64,000 bases of DNA from Tubiluchus corallicola (taxonomy: Eukaryota; Animalia; Priapulida), in NCBI GenBank assembly GCA_030141605.1, contig JAQGDQ010000104.1, positions 434,001 to 498,000 of the forward strand. The letters are read 5' to 3'. Below the pieces are notes generated by a model, which did not search any database, was not told where the DNA came from, and saw only the letters and a program-made list of their open reading frames with translations. A program made the position numbers and the translations under genes. Positions 27,827 through 40,686 of the stretch are shown in pieces; position 1 is the stretch's first letter; the number at the start of each line of letters is the position of its first letter.

Positions 27827-30800
27827 TTAGCTGGACCTTCTCCTTTTTAATGGTTTGCGCTTGTGATACTTGCGTACCAGCTTTGCACGTTTTACTGTCC
27901 CAGTGTACATGTCTATTTCCATGTCGAGTCGCATTCTAGCTGTCTTTGCTTTTCCCCTGTTGCTGGCTTCGTTGCCTCTGCCGCTTTCTGGTTCCTCGCA
28001 AAGTTTGTCTTTCAGCGTGTCGAAAGCAACTGAAAAGGTTTTGACCAGGCTGCCACACGACGGATCAGTGGGTATGTTGAGTATAGCCCAGGTACCCTCG
28101 GAAAGTATGCTACAAAATATAATCCACAGAATACAATGAAATTAGGTATGGGTTTACCTTTGCTATAACCGAAACATTGTCACTGCTATAATTTCATCAA
28201 TGGTTGTTGTTGTTGGAAGTTTGTGCATCTATTAAAGATACCCATGAAATGAATTATTTGAAAGAATATTTAATCTAGACAGGGTTCCACGGTCAAGGAA
28301 TATCCTTGAAAATACACGCTATCCTCGAAAGTCTTGGAAAGCTAATTTGGTAAAAAGTCAGGGAAATGATGAAAATAGGGTAAAATGTCTGTTAGTTTGG
28401 AAAGGGTTGCAAAAATAATCACCATGAACCGATATTTTTGAGCGATTCGTGTTCAAACAAAATTTTGCTATGGCAAGCTCCCAGTTTCAATTTCTGTTCC
28501 AAAAATAATAAATGACAACACATTATATATCAATATATGTATGAATCCCATACACAAAAATATATACTGGATATATATATATAATAATCTTTATTTGCCA
28601 TAAAAAATCGATATTCATAACTATAAAAGCATAAAAGAACATCGCAGCATGAGAATAAAATTCACACAACTGTTAAAGGCAAATGCGTCCAGTGCAAACT
28701 AAAAACTACTGTGCCAAAAATTTAAAACAAAATATACATTGTAATGTTACACGCAAATTATAATAGACTATATACAAAATGGTCTATGTAATATGTTCTA
28801 TGGGTTATGCAATTTCTACTTATCTTGGTAATGGAAAGTCAATATTTGGTCAGGAAAAAGTCAGGAAAATTTATTTAAAATTCTGTGGGAACCCTGCTAG
28901 AGCAATTTTTACCAGATATCATAACTGCTGCAAATGTTTCTGTTAAATACTTATTTTTTACTCGTGCTAGGTGATTTAAAACATTACTCACTCGCACGAA
29001 AGCCTTGATAACGGCTGACCACCGTTGAACCATTTAACTGTGCCGAGTCTCACTAGTTCGTATGTCAACTGAGCCAGAGCAAACGGCATAATAGGACGTT
29101 CATAGTGGTACGGATAGTAGTAGCCTGTGTAGTTGTAACTGAAAGTCGTCGTCGTCCGCTCGGGCTTGATCGGGACGAATGTATTCTTCACACATTCAAT
29201 TGTCTGCATCCCTACAAAAGCGTTCATAGTACTGACATATATATTTATATTGTGCTCTCATTGTATTATTTAATTATTTCTATTGCTGACTTCGGCATTT
29301 TTGACAAAATTGTATTGTTAATTTTTTTTAGATTTTTCGAATATTGAAGTATAAGCTTTTGGCAGTCTGAAAAATTATTCCCCACTTCTTGACTGTGACT
29401 AACAAGCTTTTTGCTTCATTGATGCATCTGTCTCCTGACCAACTTGCTGCCTACCTGTCTGGCAAACTGACTTACAAGCTGTCTGCTTGGTTACTAGTCG
29501 ACTGCTTGACTTGGCTGACTGACTATTGTTTATAACTTGTTATTCAGACAGTTGTCTTGCCTGAATTGTTTTATCCAGTTCTTCTATAGGTTAGAGAAAT
29601 TAATAAGTACACCATTTTTTTAAAATTAATATTGTAGACTAACAGTTTAAGCACAATGCCTTTAAAAAGCAAATTTATATTCATTTATCTTTCTGGTGAC
29701 GTATTAGTTCAAGCCCTAAAGTACCAATATAGGCTGACAAGGCTGAAAAAATACCCCGAAAAAAGTTACAAAAACCGTAAATTTGTAAACTGTTGATTAC
29801 TGTATTAATTTCATGTTCAGGCAAGAAAACTAAACAGCATAATTTCACAAGCAGTCAGACATTTTACTAAGAAATTGTTTTATATGCTTAACTTATCTAT
29901 CATAGATGCTGATGAAAAAGCAACACCTTACAAACACCCTGTACTTACATCCGCTGACAGATCTGATCCACGGTTGTGGATCTGTGCATACTTCATCCAA
30001 CATCTTTGTGGCGAGATTCACGTAACGCCATGCGTCAGCTACTGTCACATTTCTCAGGATTGGTCGAGCGGGAAGTGGAACATCTTTTTCTTCGATAAAA
30101 TCTTCCGGAAATGCATCGTAGTCGAAGATGAGGTCGTCTTCGTTGCAGCCGTAATGTTCAATCACGCTATCAACACATTCTCTTGCGGAGTCCGGGATGG
30201 CACTGCAAGGTTTTACGTTTTTTTATACGATACATCAATTTATAATGTTAATTAACCGTGTATTATAAAATAATTGCATATGTTTATTGCCACGAACAAG
30301 CCATCCAGCATTCAAATGATTACTTTTCGTGCTTATTGGGATGAAATTAGTTCACTAACTTCATAATAGGACTTAAAAGTCCTAGAGATTTTTACTGAAT
30401 GGTCTGAGGTCCTTAGTCCCAAATGTGTTTTCCCTACAGTCACCTTTCAGTTATAAGTGGCAGTGCTGAAACCTACCCCACTGTCAATGCTGCTTCTCTC
30501 CGTAATGAGCTGCTGAACTGGCAGAGGTGGCTAAACCAAGTTTGGATGTGAACACATAACCTCACTCAACAAGTTGTAATCTGTGCAGTGAACAAAACCG
30601 CTCAGAATGGGTATCAAACTTAATGGTCACCCACCCGTTCACCGATCAGCCTTACCATTGCTTAACTTTGTTGCCCTATAGAGGTATTGCACATCAATTC
30701 ACGTCACCTGGAAGTGATGTGGAACAGTGATGCTGCACAGCGACGTTCAGTATTATGAAATTGGACCTTATATGCTTGATGAAGCACAGTGATAAAGTCA

Positions 30801-33266
30801 GCAAACATTTTGCTCCAGAGATTGCTACTTGCTCACACTTAAAGGTCCTAAGATATAAAATAATCTTATAATAGTGATAGTGGTTTCAACGCTGATTGTT
30901 TGATAAAGATAGCATATATTGTATCTGAGCAAGTGGATTGAGGTAGGTATTTCAGCCTTGTTGTGCACTGTTGAGTTTATGAAATATTCTGGTCCAGTCA
31001 TAGGAAAAAATGTGAGGTTTGATTGCTATTTAGTTATGTGTTTTATTTATTCTTGTTAAAGTACATGTATACATAATTTATATAAAAAAAATAAAAAAGC
31101 TTTGCAGATTTACAGTGTAGGGTAATTGTGTTGCACTGCTTTGCATTGTTCTTGAAAAATGTCGTTCGGCATTGAGTCTCAGTAACTTGGCAATGTTCTA
31201 CTAATTCTTTTGCCTTTTTTCTCGGATATTTCACTTACTTGCATATTGTGTCCCAGTTGTTTTTAAAGAATCTGGCTAAGTGTTCCGGCGAGAATGGCGG
31301 ACTGGTGCGATTCGGATCGTAGCGGTACAAATCTCCGAAGAGCGACATGACTTGTTGGAAAAGCACGTTACATGTCTCCAAAGGTGGAGCTGGTGTTCTT
31401 CCCCAGGCCGAAGGTGCAACTGGCAGGATTTCCCACCAAGGGCACATTGCTAGGCTTCCAGAAAATAAAGCAGCTGGAACAGATAACCATTATGTTAGTA
31501 CAGTCGTGATAATCGTACTACATAAAGGTTCGTCAACAAGTACCTGTACAGTGCAATCTGAAATTAAATTTACTTATTGAACATGAAAATATGCACTGTG
31601 CTTACCTAGAGCAAACAAACAATAGTTTGAAGGTGTTACCAATATGCGTTCCAAGTGAGTTTCTTCTGCTAAACTAATGTCCCGAAACTAAACTAAACTG
31701 AACTAAGGATAATTGGACTAACTAAAAAATAACTTGGAGCCATTATCGTTTTGGTACACTATCGGTAACACCTTAAAACTATTATTTGTTTGTTCTAGGT
31801 GATGATAGGGTGCATTTTCATGTTCTGTAGGTAAAACTAATTTCTGATTGCATTGTACAGGTATTTGTTGTATGCAAATCAAGTTCAACACTAAATTGAA
31901 TTGCACTATTGAAGTACACTGAGACCAATAGTTTTGTACTAAAGTGAGTTGAAAATAAGTTTTGCCATAAGAGCTTTTGCATTTAGGCCACAGACCAAGC
32001 AAAGAAAATTTGCTGTTAGAGCTGTTAAGAAGCTAAAAATAAGATGGTACCTAGCCGGTAGCTTTATTATATCATCTACGTTGAAACTATTCCAATTGTT
32101 ATTTTACATTTAGTGCTAAGCTTAATGCACTAAGTTTTGCTGCCATCAATGTAGCTAAAAATAAGATGGTACCTAGCGGGTAGCTTTATTATATCATCTA
32201 CGTTGAAAGTATTCCAATTGTTATTTTACATTTAGTGCAAAGCTTAATGCACTAAGTTTTGCTGCCAAGTTGATCAAAGTTTGTAGCTAAAAATAAGATG
32301 GTACCTAGCGGGTAGCTTTATTATATCATCTACGTTGAAAGTATTCCAATTGTTATTTTACATTTAGTGCAAAGCTTAATGCACTAAGTTTTGCTGCCAA
32401 GTTGATCAAAGTTTGTAGCTAAAAATAAGATGGTACCTAGCGGGTAGCTTTATTATATCATCTACGTTGAAACTATTCCAATTGTTATTTTACATTTAGT
32501 GCAAAGCTTAATGCACTAAGTTTTGCTGCCATTGTTCATACTTCTGTGGCTAAACTCAATCATAACAAAGTGAGTGATCTATAACTTCAAACATGACTTT
32601 CACACATTTAGTGCAAACCTAAATGCACAGAGTTTTGCTGCCAAGTTGATCATAGTTTTTGCTAAGAAGTGAAGCTACAGCAGTTGTAATTTCTGTAATT
32701 TTTGTGTTCTACACTTCAGCAATTTGGGGTTTTTAGCTGCTGTCACACGCTACTCTATGTATCTAGTTAAAGTTAGCATAAATGAGTATAATTCTGGTTA
32801 CTATAACTATTTTGAACATGTACGCACATGAACATGGGGAATTGTAAACTTCTGTACCTATGCTACCAATCAGTTATCATTGTTTACTTAACTGATGTTG
32901 GTACAGTCAACTAAATTATTTACAACCATCTTAGATTATTGACAAGAGAAAATGCGTTGGCAAATTATTAGCAAAATCCATTAATACCAAAATTACCGTG
33001 ACAAATTAAGATATAATTAATATCCAGATGCTGTAAAACTAAAACACTCAGAATTTTAACACTTTGTCCCAGAAGTTACAGTTTTTTTATCAAGAGATGG
33101 CACGACATGCTTTTCACAGTATAGCACATGTAAATGTGCATCAGTTGTTATTATTGGACTAACTGAATCATTACAATATTTAGTATGGATGATTTTGGCA
33201 AATGATTAAAAGTAACATATAATATCAATTACCTGTAGCTATGAGCACTAGTGAAATATTCTTCAT
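27827..33266 (-). CDS. uncharacterised secreted Cys-containing protein with basic C-terminal tail, 5 exons, 341 aa
   Basis: Minus-strand exons 33266-33233, 31473-31239, 30202-29949, 29211-28992, 28109-27827, all GT-AG and phase-consistent (1026 nt). N-terminus MKNISLVLIATAALFSGSLA is signal-peptide-like; 10 Cys in the mature part; ends KRAKLVRKYHKRKPLKRRRSS*. Confidence 0.85.
28280..28896. mobile_element. MITE with CAGGGTT...AACCCTG ends
   Basis: Ends CAGGGTTCCACGG / CTGTGGGAACCCTG, with internal GTCAGGAAAA sub-repeats. CTAGA is duplicated on both flanks. Confidence 0.65.
30480..30672 (-). mobile_element. degenerate 5S-rRNA-headed SINE-like element
   Basis: Minus strand reads AAAGTTAAGCAATGGTAAGGCTGATCGGTGAACGGGTGGGTGACC, resembling the 5S internal control region (GAAGTTAAGCAAC...TTGGATGGGTGACC). 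A similar remnant lies at ~2735-2790. Confidence 0.4.
32031..32531. repeat. tandem array, ~132-bp unit x ~4
   Basis: Units start at 32031, 32153, 32285 and 32417 (AGCTAAAAATAAGATGGTACCTAGC...) and are nearly identical. A partial unit follows at ~32605-32660. Confidence 0.95.
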
Positions 33267-34762
33267 CTTGCTTTGTTAACAGCTTCCTACTCACTCGAAT
33301 GAATTTTGTCCGTTATAGTTACTACATAATAATAATGTGTGTATTTCCTTTGTGACAGGAAGACCGGGAAGTCTCCAGTTGCTAAGCTATGTCCATGACA
33401 GTTGTGCTGTTTACAGGAAGAATAGGAAGTTCAACGGCATATGAGTAATTTGAACTGGAAAGAGCACGTCCCTGGAAATTACTTACTTTGGTAGGCTCTG
33501 ATTAATGTTTAGGTTTGTAAAACGCAGAATTAACGCTGTCTTATAGAGTTCTTCATGTTTATACAGTTCAGTATCAGGGCCGGTGCTAGGAAGTGCGGGG
33601 GTGCAATTAGAAAATTGTTAATGGAGCCCTTTACCCTACAAAACTGAAGATTGATGTTTTATACTTGATGTAGTTCGCGAGTCCCAACCAAAAACATTGA
33701 TGGCTTGATGCTCTGCCATTAGCCACAAGGATTATGTATTAGAAAGGGTAAATCTGCATGAAACATTTAATGTTTTATTACAAGTCAAGATAATTACTGA
33801 CATAGTATTTGTGCTAAAAACAGACGTAAACTGAAATTACAAAACAAATAAACAAACGATCAGCAAAAATATTGAAACATAGATTGTACGATATCAGACT
33901 GAATACTTTATTCTTGTTGCCAAGCAAGATCCTGCTAGTAAATCACTCTATGCACAGACTAATGCACACTTAAAGGAAGACTGGACGATTGTTTAGACTC
34001 GATCTCATTTTAATTTGTTGTCCAAAATGTACGTTTTCTTGCCTATAAAAGCTAACAGTTGTTCCTTATATTTGAATAATTAGCTTAGAAAGTTAATTAA
34101 CGGCAACCAAACACAGCTATTGCTTACATCAGAAACTAACCACAGTTTGTGCAATGGCAGGCGTCTTCCTTTGCACATCAAGCACATCTGCATAAATGTT
34201 ACATTACTGTTTAAATGCATGATGTCACGAAAAATGGGCTCTATGTCATATGAAATCAGAAACTAACACTGCAGTTCATGGTCATGCTTGTCACGATACC
34301 GCTTTCCATTTGTCGGCCAAGCGAATGTGACAAAAAGGCGCCGCTGCTAATTTTAGTAGATTCACTGAGCCGCGCGTAGCTTTAAAGGTTTAACGAAATT
34401 TGAGGTAATTATAATTTAATCTAAGCTTTGATTTAAAAAAAACTTTTGTAGTTTTCAATTTTTTAGAGCATTCTTTATTCTGAACTAATGTTTACACAAT
34501 CATCCGGTTTTCCCTTAAGTGAAGTCCACATAAAATGACTAATTTTACTAACGTAACATTACATCGGCTTTGCCTTACCCACAAATTACATGGCAGTTGT
34601 AGTTAGGATGCGTTGCTGTGCTACACTTAACCTCTGACCTACAACAACTGTGCGTGCTCACAACGAAACTGTGAAAAGGCTTATTGCGAATCTGTCATGC
34701 CCTCAAAATTTAGTGTGGAAGCCTGATAGCTTCAGCCTGCAATCTTGAGGGGTGTGACCGAT

Positions 34763-35111
34763 AAGGGTGAGCATTCTCTATCAGAAAACGAATTCGAATA
34801 GAATCGAATGTGCGACTTTTGAATTCGAATGAACCGAATTTCAGTATTTCGAATCCAAATCGAATTCGAATTGAGTTTGAAAGGTTTTCGAATCAGTAGT
34901 AAAAAGTGGCCTTACAACGATCATGCATATTATTTGATTTTGTTGTACAATAGAGCCACTATTAGTTTGTTAAAAATTTTGCACAGAAACTGCCGTTAAA
35001 TTGTTCTAATTGAATGCTGTTTCAAACATTTTAATGATAAAGAACGTATGTGGCTGAAGTGCTGAATTATTCAAATCTATAATTTTAGTTTTGTTATATT
35101 ATTATTGTTAT

Positions 35112-35144
<33 letters not shown>

Positions 35145-35220
35145 ACTATTATGTTATATTATTGGTTAATTCTATAACTTAAACAACTCGTTAGAACTCG
35201 AACGTTTGACGCTCACCCCA
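34763..35220. mobile_element. MITE, inverted copy of 11032-11430, with internal (TA)n
   Basis: Ends AGGGTGAGCATTCTC ... GACGCTCACCCC; the body matches the reverse complement of the 11 kb element. Confidence 0.8.
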
Positions 35221-35528
35221 ATGATAGGATTAGTGACTCGAAGAACTCAAGATCTTCCAACACATCTGTAGTGTAAGCCATAGCAAAGATCAGAGAACCA
35301 TTGTTCACTATTAACTAGGATTGACTTGATAGTGGTGTGATGTTGCACCTGCCTGAGCAGGACAATGGATATAGCTCCATTGCAACCTATTATTTGGAAC
35401 TGTAGATAAACCCTTTTATAAGAACGTTCAATAAATGAGTCCAGTTTAAACTTTATTTAATGTGTACATCGTATACAAAAGAACATCTTGCAGATGTCTC
35501 ACAAGCTTGTCTTTTAAATACTTATCAA

Positions 35529-36023
35529 CAGCGGCAGCTCATAGCCAAAATTACTAGCTGCGCTGCTCCAGAAAATTTTTAGCCAGTGTTTTAATACTGT
35601 GTAAACCGAAACAAACATCAGCAATTTTAATGTTATAATTTAAAAAAAACAAATGTATGAAAATTTACATGTAAACTTGATATAATCCCAAACAAAAAAA
35701 GTATTTTTTGCTTACTAATAGCCCTAAATTGTCTCAGTTTAAGCTTGATCCATTCACGGTAAGCACGTGACGAGTGACAACAAACTGTGTGAGTGACAGT
35801 ACTTTCTCTACCCGAGTTCAGATGTGCATGACCGTATGCGCACAACAGCCAAACACCGAGTTGCTGTGAAACAAACAGTACTACCCTCATATGCTCTGCT
35901 TCCGTACAAGTATAAAAAAGGAATTAAAGATAAAAAGACTTATTATATTGAATATTATCGATAATATTGAGGGAAAATAGGGGATGCTGCAGTTGCACAG
36001 TACCTATTCAGGAGCCGCCATTG
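35529..36023. mobile_element. hAT-family MITE (family also at 54069 and 60515)
   Basis: Ends CAGCGGCAGCTC ... GAGCCGCCATTG; the body is the reverse complement of the 54069-54653 and 60515-61049 elements. Confidence 0.8.
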
Positions 36024-36611
36024 ATGATTAATGGCATGTTCCTGGGTCTTCTGAGTGACCACTTTGTCCTTCAGGATAGCTCCGGTATGTTTGGCAAATT
36101 GAGGTCCAATGAATTTCTTTGCCATTCAGTTCAAATGAAACAATCCCATAGTTTTCAGGTTGCTGCTCCAATCATTCATTTCAAGATCACAGGCTGAGCG
36201 AGTCACACGAAGCTTACATATTAGGGGTATAATGGATTTGATATAACTGTTTCAGCAGTACTTTAAAGTAATAAATTGTTTTGTTCTATTACTTGTTGTT
36301 TTTATACACCCCTAGCAAAAAGCACTATACCACCATCAAATTCTGTTTTTCCCTGATTCTCCTCGCTTGCTTTCCATTCCTTTTTCTTTTCTGTATGCCA
36401 CTTCATCTGCAAAGAGAAAGCAGACTGTAAAATTAAATTGTTAACTAAACCGCACATTGCCTGAGCTGCATTAATTGCATGTGTCTTTCAGATCCTTTGA
36501 AATTTGTCAAAAACTGAAGCCATTTGCAGTAATGTACAGCTCTTGTAACTAGCCTCCATTCACATTTAAGCATATGTAAAATAATTTTCTGTTCGTTTTT
36601 GTGGGAAATTT

Positions 36612-37060
36612 ATGGCTAAGTGGATAGGTGCACTCTTTCATGTGACTGGGCCTGGGTTCGACGCTCGTACCGGGAATTACAGTGCATCAAACTTAGCTGT
36701 TAAATGCCAACTTTATATAAGGAGGATGTCATACTTCCAAATGTAGCTGAGATACCTCTGCTGGTTCAGTGCCTCACCACAGAGGATTATCCCTGATAGT
36801 GAGCTAGGCTCCAGTCTTGCCACGAGCATCTCCGTTAGGCCTAGAGAGCCTTTGAATGTTGGATTCTGCCTGGCAGTGTTCAGAAGTGTATAAAAGAAAA
36901 ATGGTGCAGCCATGCTTAGTGGCAGTTTTAGCAGTTTCAGTACGGCTCTTGGCAAGCTGGGATGCAGAACTAAACTGTAGTGCATTGTAGATGGTTGTGG
37001 CAGGATCAGAGCCTATCTCACTATCACTGATAGACCTTTATGATGAGACACTGGACCAGC
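36612..37060 (+). mobile_element. tRNA-derived SINE-like element
   Basis: A-box-like TGGCTAAGTGG and B-box-like GGTTCGACGC at tRNA spacing, followed by a GC-richer body. The 3' boundary is approximate. Confidence 0.45.
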
Positions 37061-37333
37061 AGTTGTGTCATATAGCTGTATTCAGATATGTACACATCGT
37101 CGCTCAACAATATTAATGCAAATTTCCCGGGAGTAGTGTAAGCTCCCACCAACATTTTCTTATCTAATTACTGTCTGGACTCGGAGTCACGCAAGTCGGG
37201 CCAATAAGCACACGCCGTAACAGTTCGGCTATTCTTCTAACTCGGAATGTGAAAAGCGAATAAATTACAAAGGTTTTCAATGTCTTATAGTGACTGGCAT
37301 CGGTTGGTAGGCTTATTAGTGCTGAGCAGTATG

Positions 37334-37594
37334 CAGGGCCAGATTATGACCTATGACCTTCAGAGGTCCTCTAGGCTAATGAAATTATAGCACCCTCAGT
37401 TGGAGCCACCCTCTTATTCGCCCACACCCGTTTTGAATATTTTTTACTTGTGATGCATTTTAGCCACGATTACATACATTGAGGTAAACTTATTGCAAAT
37501 TCGGCCTCCTTTTAAAGTTGAAATTGTACTATAAGCTAAATGAATTATTCAGCAGTGCAAATATAAAAATGTTATACTCCATTTTTCAAATGTG

Positions 37595-37626
<32 letters not shown>

Positions 37627-37716
37627 TGTGTGTATTTGAAAATCTTTTAGTATTGCCCCAAACTTGAGAGGCCTTAGACTGCAGCCTGCATTAGTCTGTT
37701 GGATAATCCGTCCCTG
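37334..37716. mobile_element. hAT-family MITE containing a (GT)n/(GCGT)n tract
   Basis: Ends CAGGGCCAGATTAT ... ATAATCCGTCCCTG with an 8-bp TSD GCAGTATG/GCAATATG. Confidence 0.8.
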
Positions 37717-40686
37717 GCAATATGACATTTATTTAGTTTTTACCGGTAGATTTACAAGACAAATGGGAAGTTTGGTTGTTTGTTTGTTTTTCCAATTTTA
37801 TTATAATTTCCTTATGTTGCTGTTGCATTTCAATTGTTTCAATATTGCTTATTGTTTGTTAGACAAAAACACAATTACAGTTACATAGACAGAAACGTTA
37901 CATAAAATTGCACAAACTGAAAACAAAATGACTGCGTTTACTTATCAAGTGATCAATCAATTCTTGAACAAGTGATATGTAACTGCTTGTAGCTGAGCTA
38001 AAAGCTAGAACTTGGAAATCGCAACTGCAATATATGCATGGCGTTTTGTTAGGTGCTAGGGGAAGGATAAAAGAGATGTGCAGTGAAAAGAGATGACATG
38101 GCGGTAAAATAAGGGTGTAAGTAAGTAATGGGAGTAGAAGAGAAGAAAAAAGCTGACAATTATAAAAACAAATGAAGAAATGATTAAAATGCGATATGCA
38201 CTTTATGCTACGCAGGACATTTTTAAAACTTCGTTCATTTATATTGCATAATTTATTACACACGGTCATTCATAATCATGCTGCAGCCGTTAAATTGTGA
38301 AAGTGAATATTTTAAGTTCCTACAACTTTTTGCAAATACGAGATTTTTTCTCTGTGACGTAAGTGGCTTGTGTATAAACCACAAAAAAAGTCGTGAATTT
38401 TGTAGGAAGAGATTTCTTATTTCATCATCACCACTCGTGATGCATTCCATGCAAAGATGAGTTATGCTGATGTAAGAAATTGTAAGGCTATGGCAGTCTC
38501 TGTAAAAAACAGTTGGAGTGCACTGGTGCATAAAAGCTTCTTAGCTGGAATGACTCAAGGCCCCCTTTGAATTGCGGTGACCGGGCGTGTTCGCTTAGAC
38601 GCAGGCATGCTGTCTGCGATTGTGCTTACGAAATCGGAGATGAACGTAGTTACCCGAACCACGTCTGCGTCGGAGCTTCATTTTCTCTGTCTGTTTACAT
38701 TTTCGTGACCCTGAGATACATGAGGGTGTGTGCGCTGTTGTCGTTTTTTTGTGTAATTTAACGCCCAGGTGAATTTGTTTGATTAGTGAACGTTCAGTTT
38801 TAGTGATGGTGTGAATTAATTTATCTCTTGCTTTGATTATTGCATAAGGGCAAGTAAGTAAGTAAGTATCTTTATTTATCACTCTCTTTACAAGAAAAAC
38901 ACAGTATGAAACGATAAATTGATGATATGATATAAAGTGACAAGATTATTAAATCTATAAATTATCTGAGTTAATGATGTTTATCTGATTGGTGAAAGGG
39001 TGGCGAAAAACTAAAAGTTACCAAAGTCAACCACCACATAGGCAGTTTCGTACAACGGATAACTTATTAATCCAAAACAGTCACAGAGGAGGCGATGTCG
39101 CAAATTTGTCTTTTTTTGTTCATGTTTAATTAATTTTAACAGCAGTTCATGATATTATTATCATCGAAATCTGATATCTTGAATGCTGACTTTGTTGCTA
39201 TGGTAACAGAACTCGGAGTTGAACTGAAGGTGTGTGAGGTCGATGGTTATACTAGTGTACGGCTGTACGCTGTCTGTTCTTTTCAATAAATACGAATTTC
39301 ATTTTGCAAGCCATAATTAATGAGAGACGTTATTCACGTACCAATTTATTTTTTGCCTTATTTCAACGTTTGCATTTGTAATTGGATTAACACTTACGAG
39401 CATCAGCCGTAATTTATTTGTGCCACGTACTTTATGTACTAGGCACACGGCACACCAGAAAGCACTCAAAGTCAGTGCCCATTCAACTAGATGTTTTTAT
39501 ATGACTGGAGCCTGACTCATCATCAAGGATAAATCAGGTTTTCAAGGTAATATACTTCAATATCCCAATATATAGATAAACCTGATTCTCAGTTCTATTA
39601 TTTACATGATAATTTATTTTTGACTGTCTAAGAATTATGCTTGTGTATATTTCAGTTGCCATTGTTCTTATATTTTTGTTGTCAGATTTTTATTTTCAGT
39701 TCTTGTTTGATTTTTTTTATTATGCACTTATTATTACTGTGTATGAATTGTATTAACACGTTATAAGCATATCAATTTAATGTCATTCGTAACGATTAAA
39801 TCTTTATTATAAGCAGTGCAACACTAATACACTGTTGCATAGCGCTTATAAAAATGTTCATGACTAGACAAAGGGCAGCTGACTAGATCTTTCGCTGCCC
39901 TTTCTTCACATATTTTGTTTCCAAATTAATTGTATTATAACTGTGCATGTGTTGCAAGATAAATAAAAAAGATTATAGATTATTATAGATTGTAAACCAC
40001 TGAACCAACAGAAGTGTTTCAGCTATGTTCGAATGAATGCCATTCAATGCAATATTAACATTGCATACTTGATTTTAACATTGCATATTTGGATATCACA
40101 GTCACCATGTGTCCCAGGAGATGCAATACCTGTTATTGCCTTCCCATTACTGTATCTTCTACATACAAACTTCGTTTTTAACCGAATGGTACCTGAACTA
40201 TTGACTATTTTGTTCAAATTAATTAAATCAAAGATGTCACAGTGTTGGAACTTACTGATGAACTGCATAAAGTACATCTTTACTTGTATATAATAATGGC
40301 AAACTACAAATAACACACACACTAGGCAAATCTTTTCAAGCATGGAGACTTCTTTCCAGACTTCTTATCAATATTAAGAAGTTTATAATTACTATAAAAG
40401 TGTATAAAATGCAATTTCTAGTCGCAAATGTAATATTTCACTCATGTTATACAACATGTATGCAGTAAATTTTACTCAACAAATTTCTCCTGGAACCATT
40501 TAATATATAAGTGCTTGCACTAGATTAGAGCTAACTATTTGTGCAATGTATGTACAATAACATGAAAACATTTCGCTAGACTTCTAGTATGTAATGTAGT
40601 TGTAATTTGGAGTGATAATTATGAAATGTTTTGTTTTTTAGGCTTGGTATCCATAAAAGAAGCCGTCAGTGCGGTCATTACTGAAA

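Noticed and set aside
27870-30255. Plus-strand ORFs 27870-28139, 29105-29347 and 29875-30255
   Set aside because: They are antisense to exons of the minus-strand secreted-protein gene.
32031-32531. CRISPR-like array
   Set aside because: The units are full-length tandem copies without unique spacers, and the context is eukaryotic.
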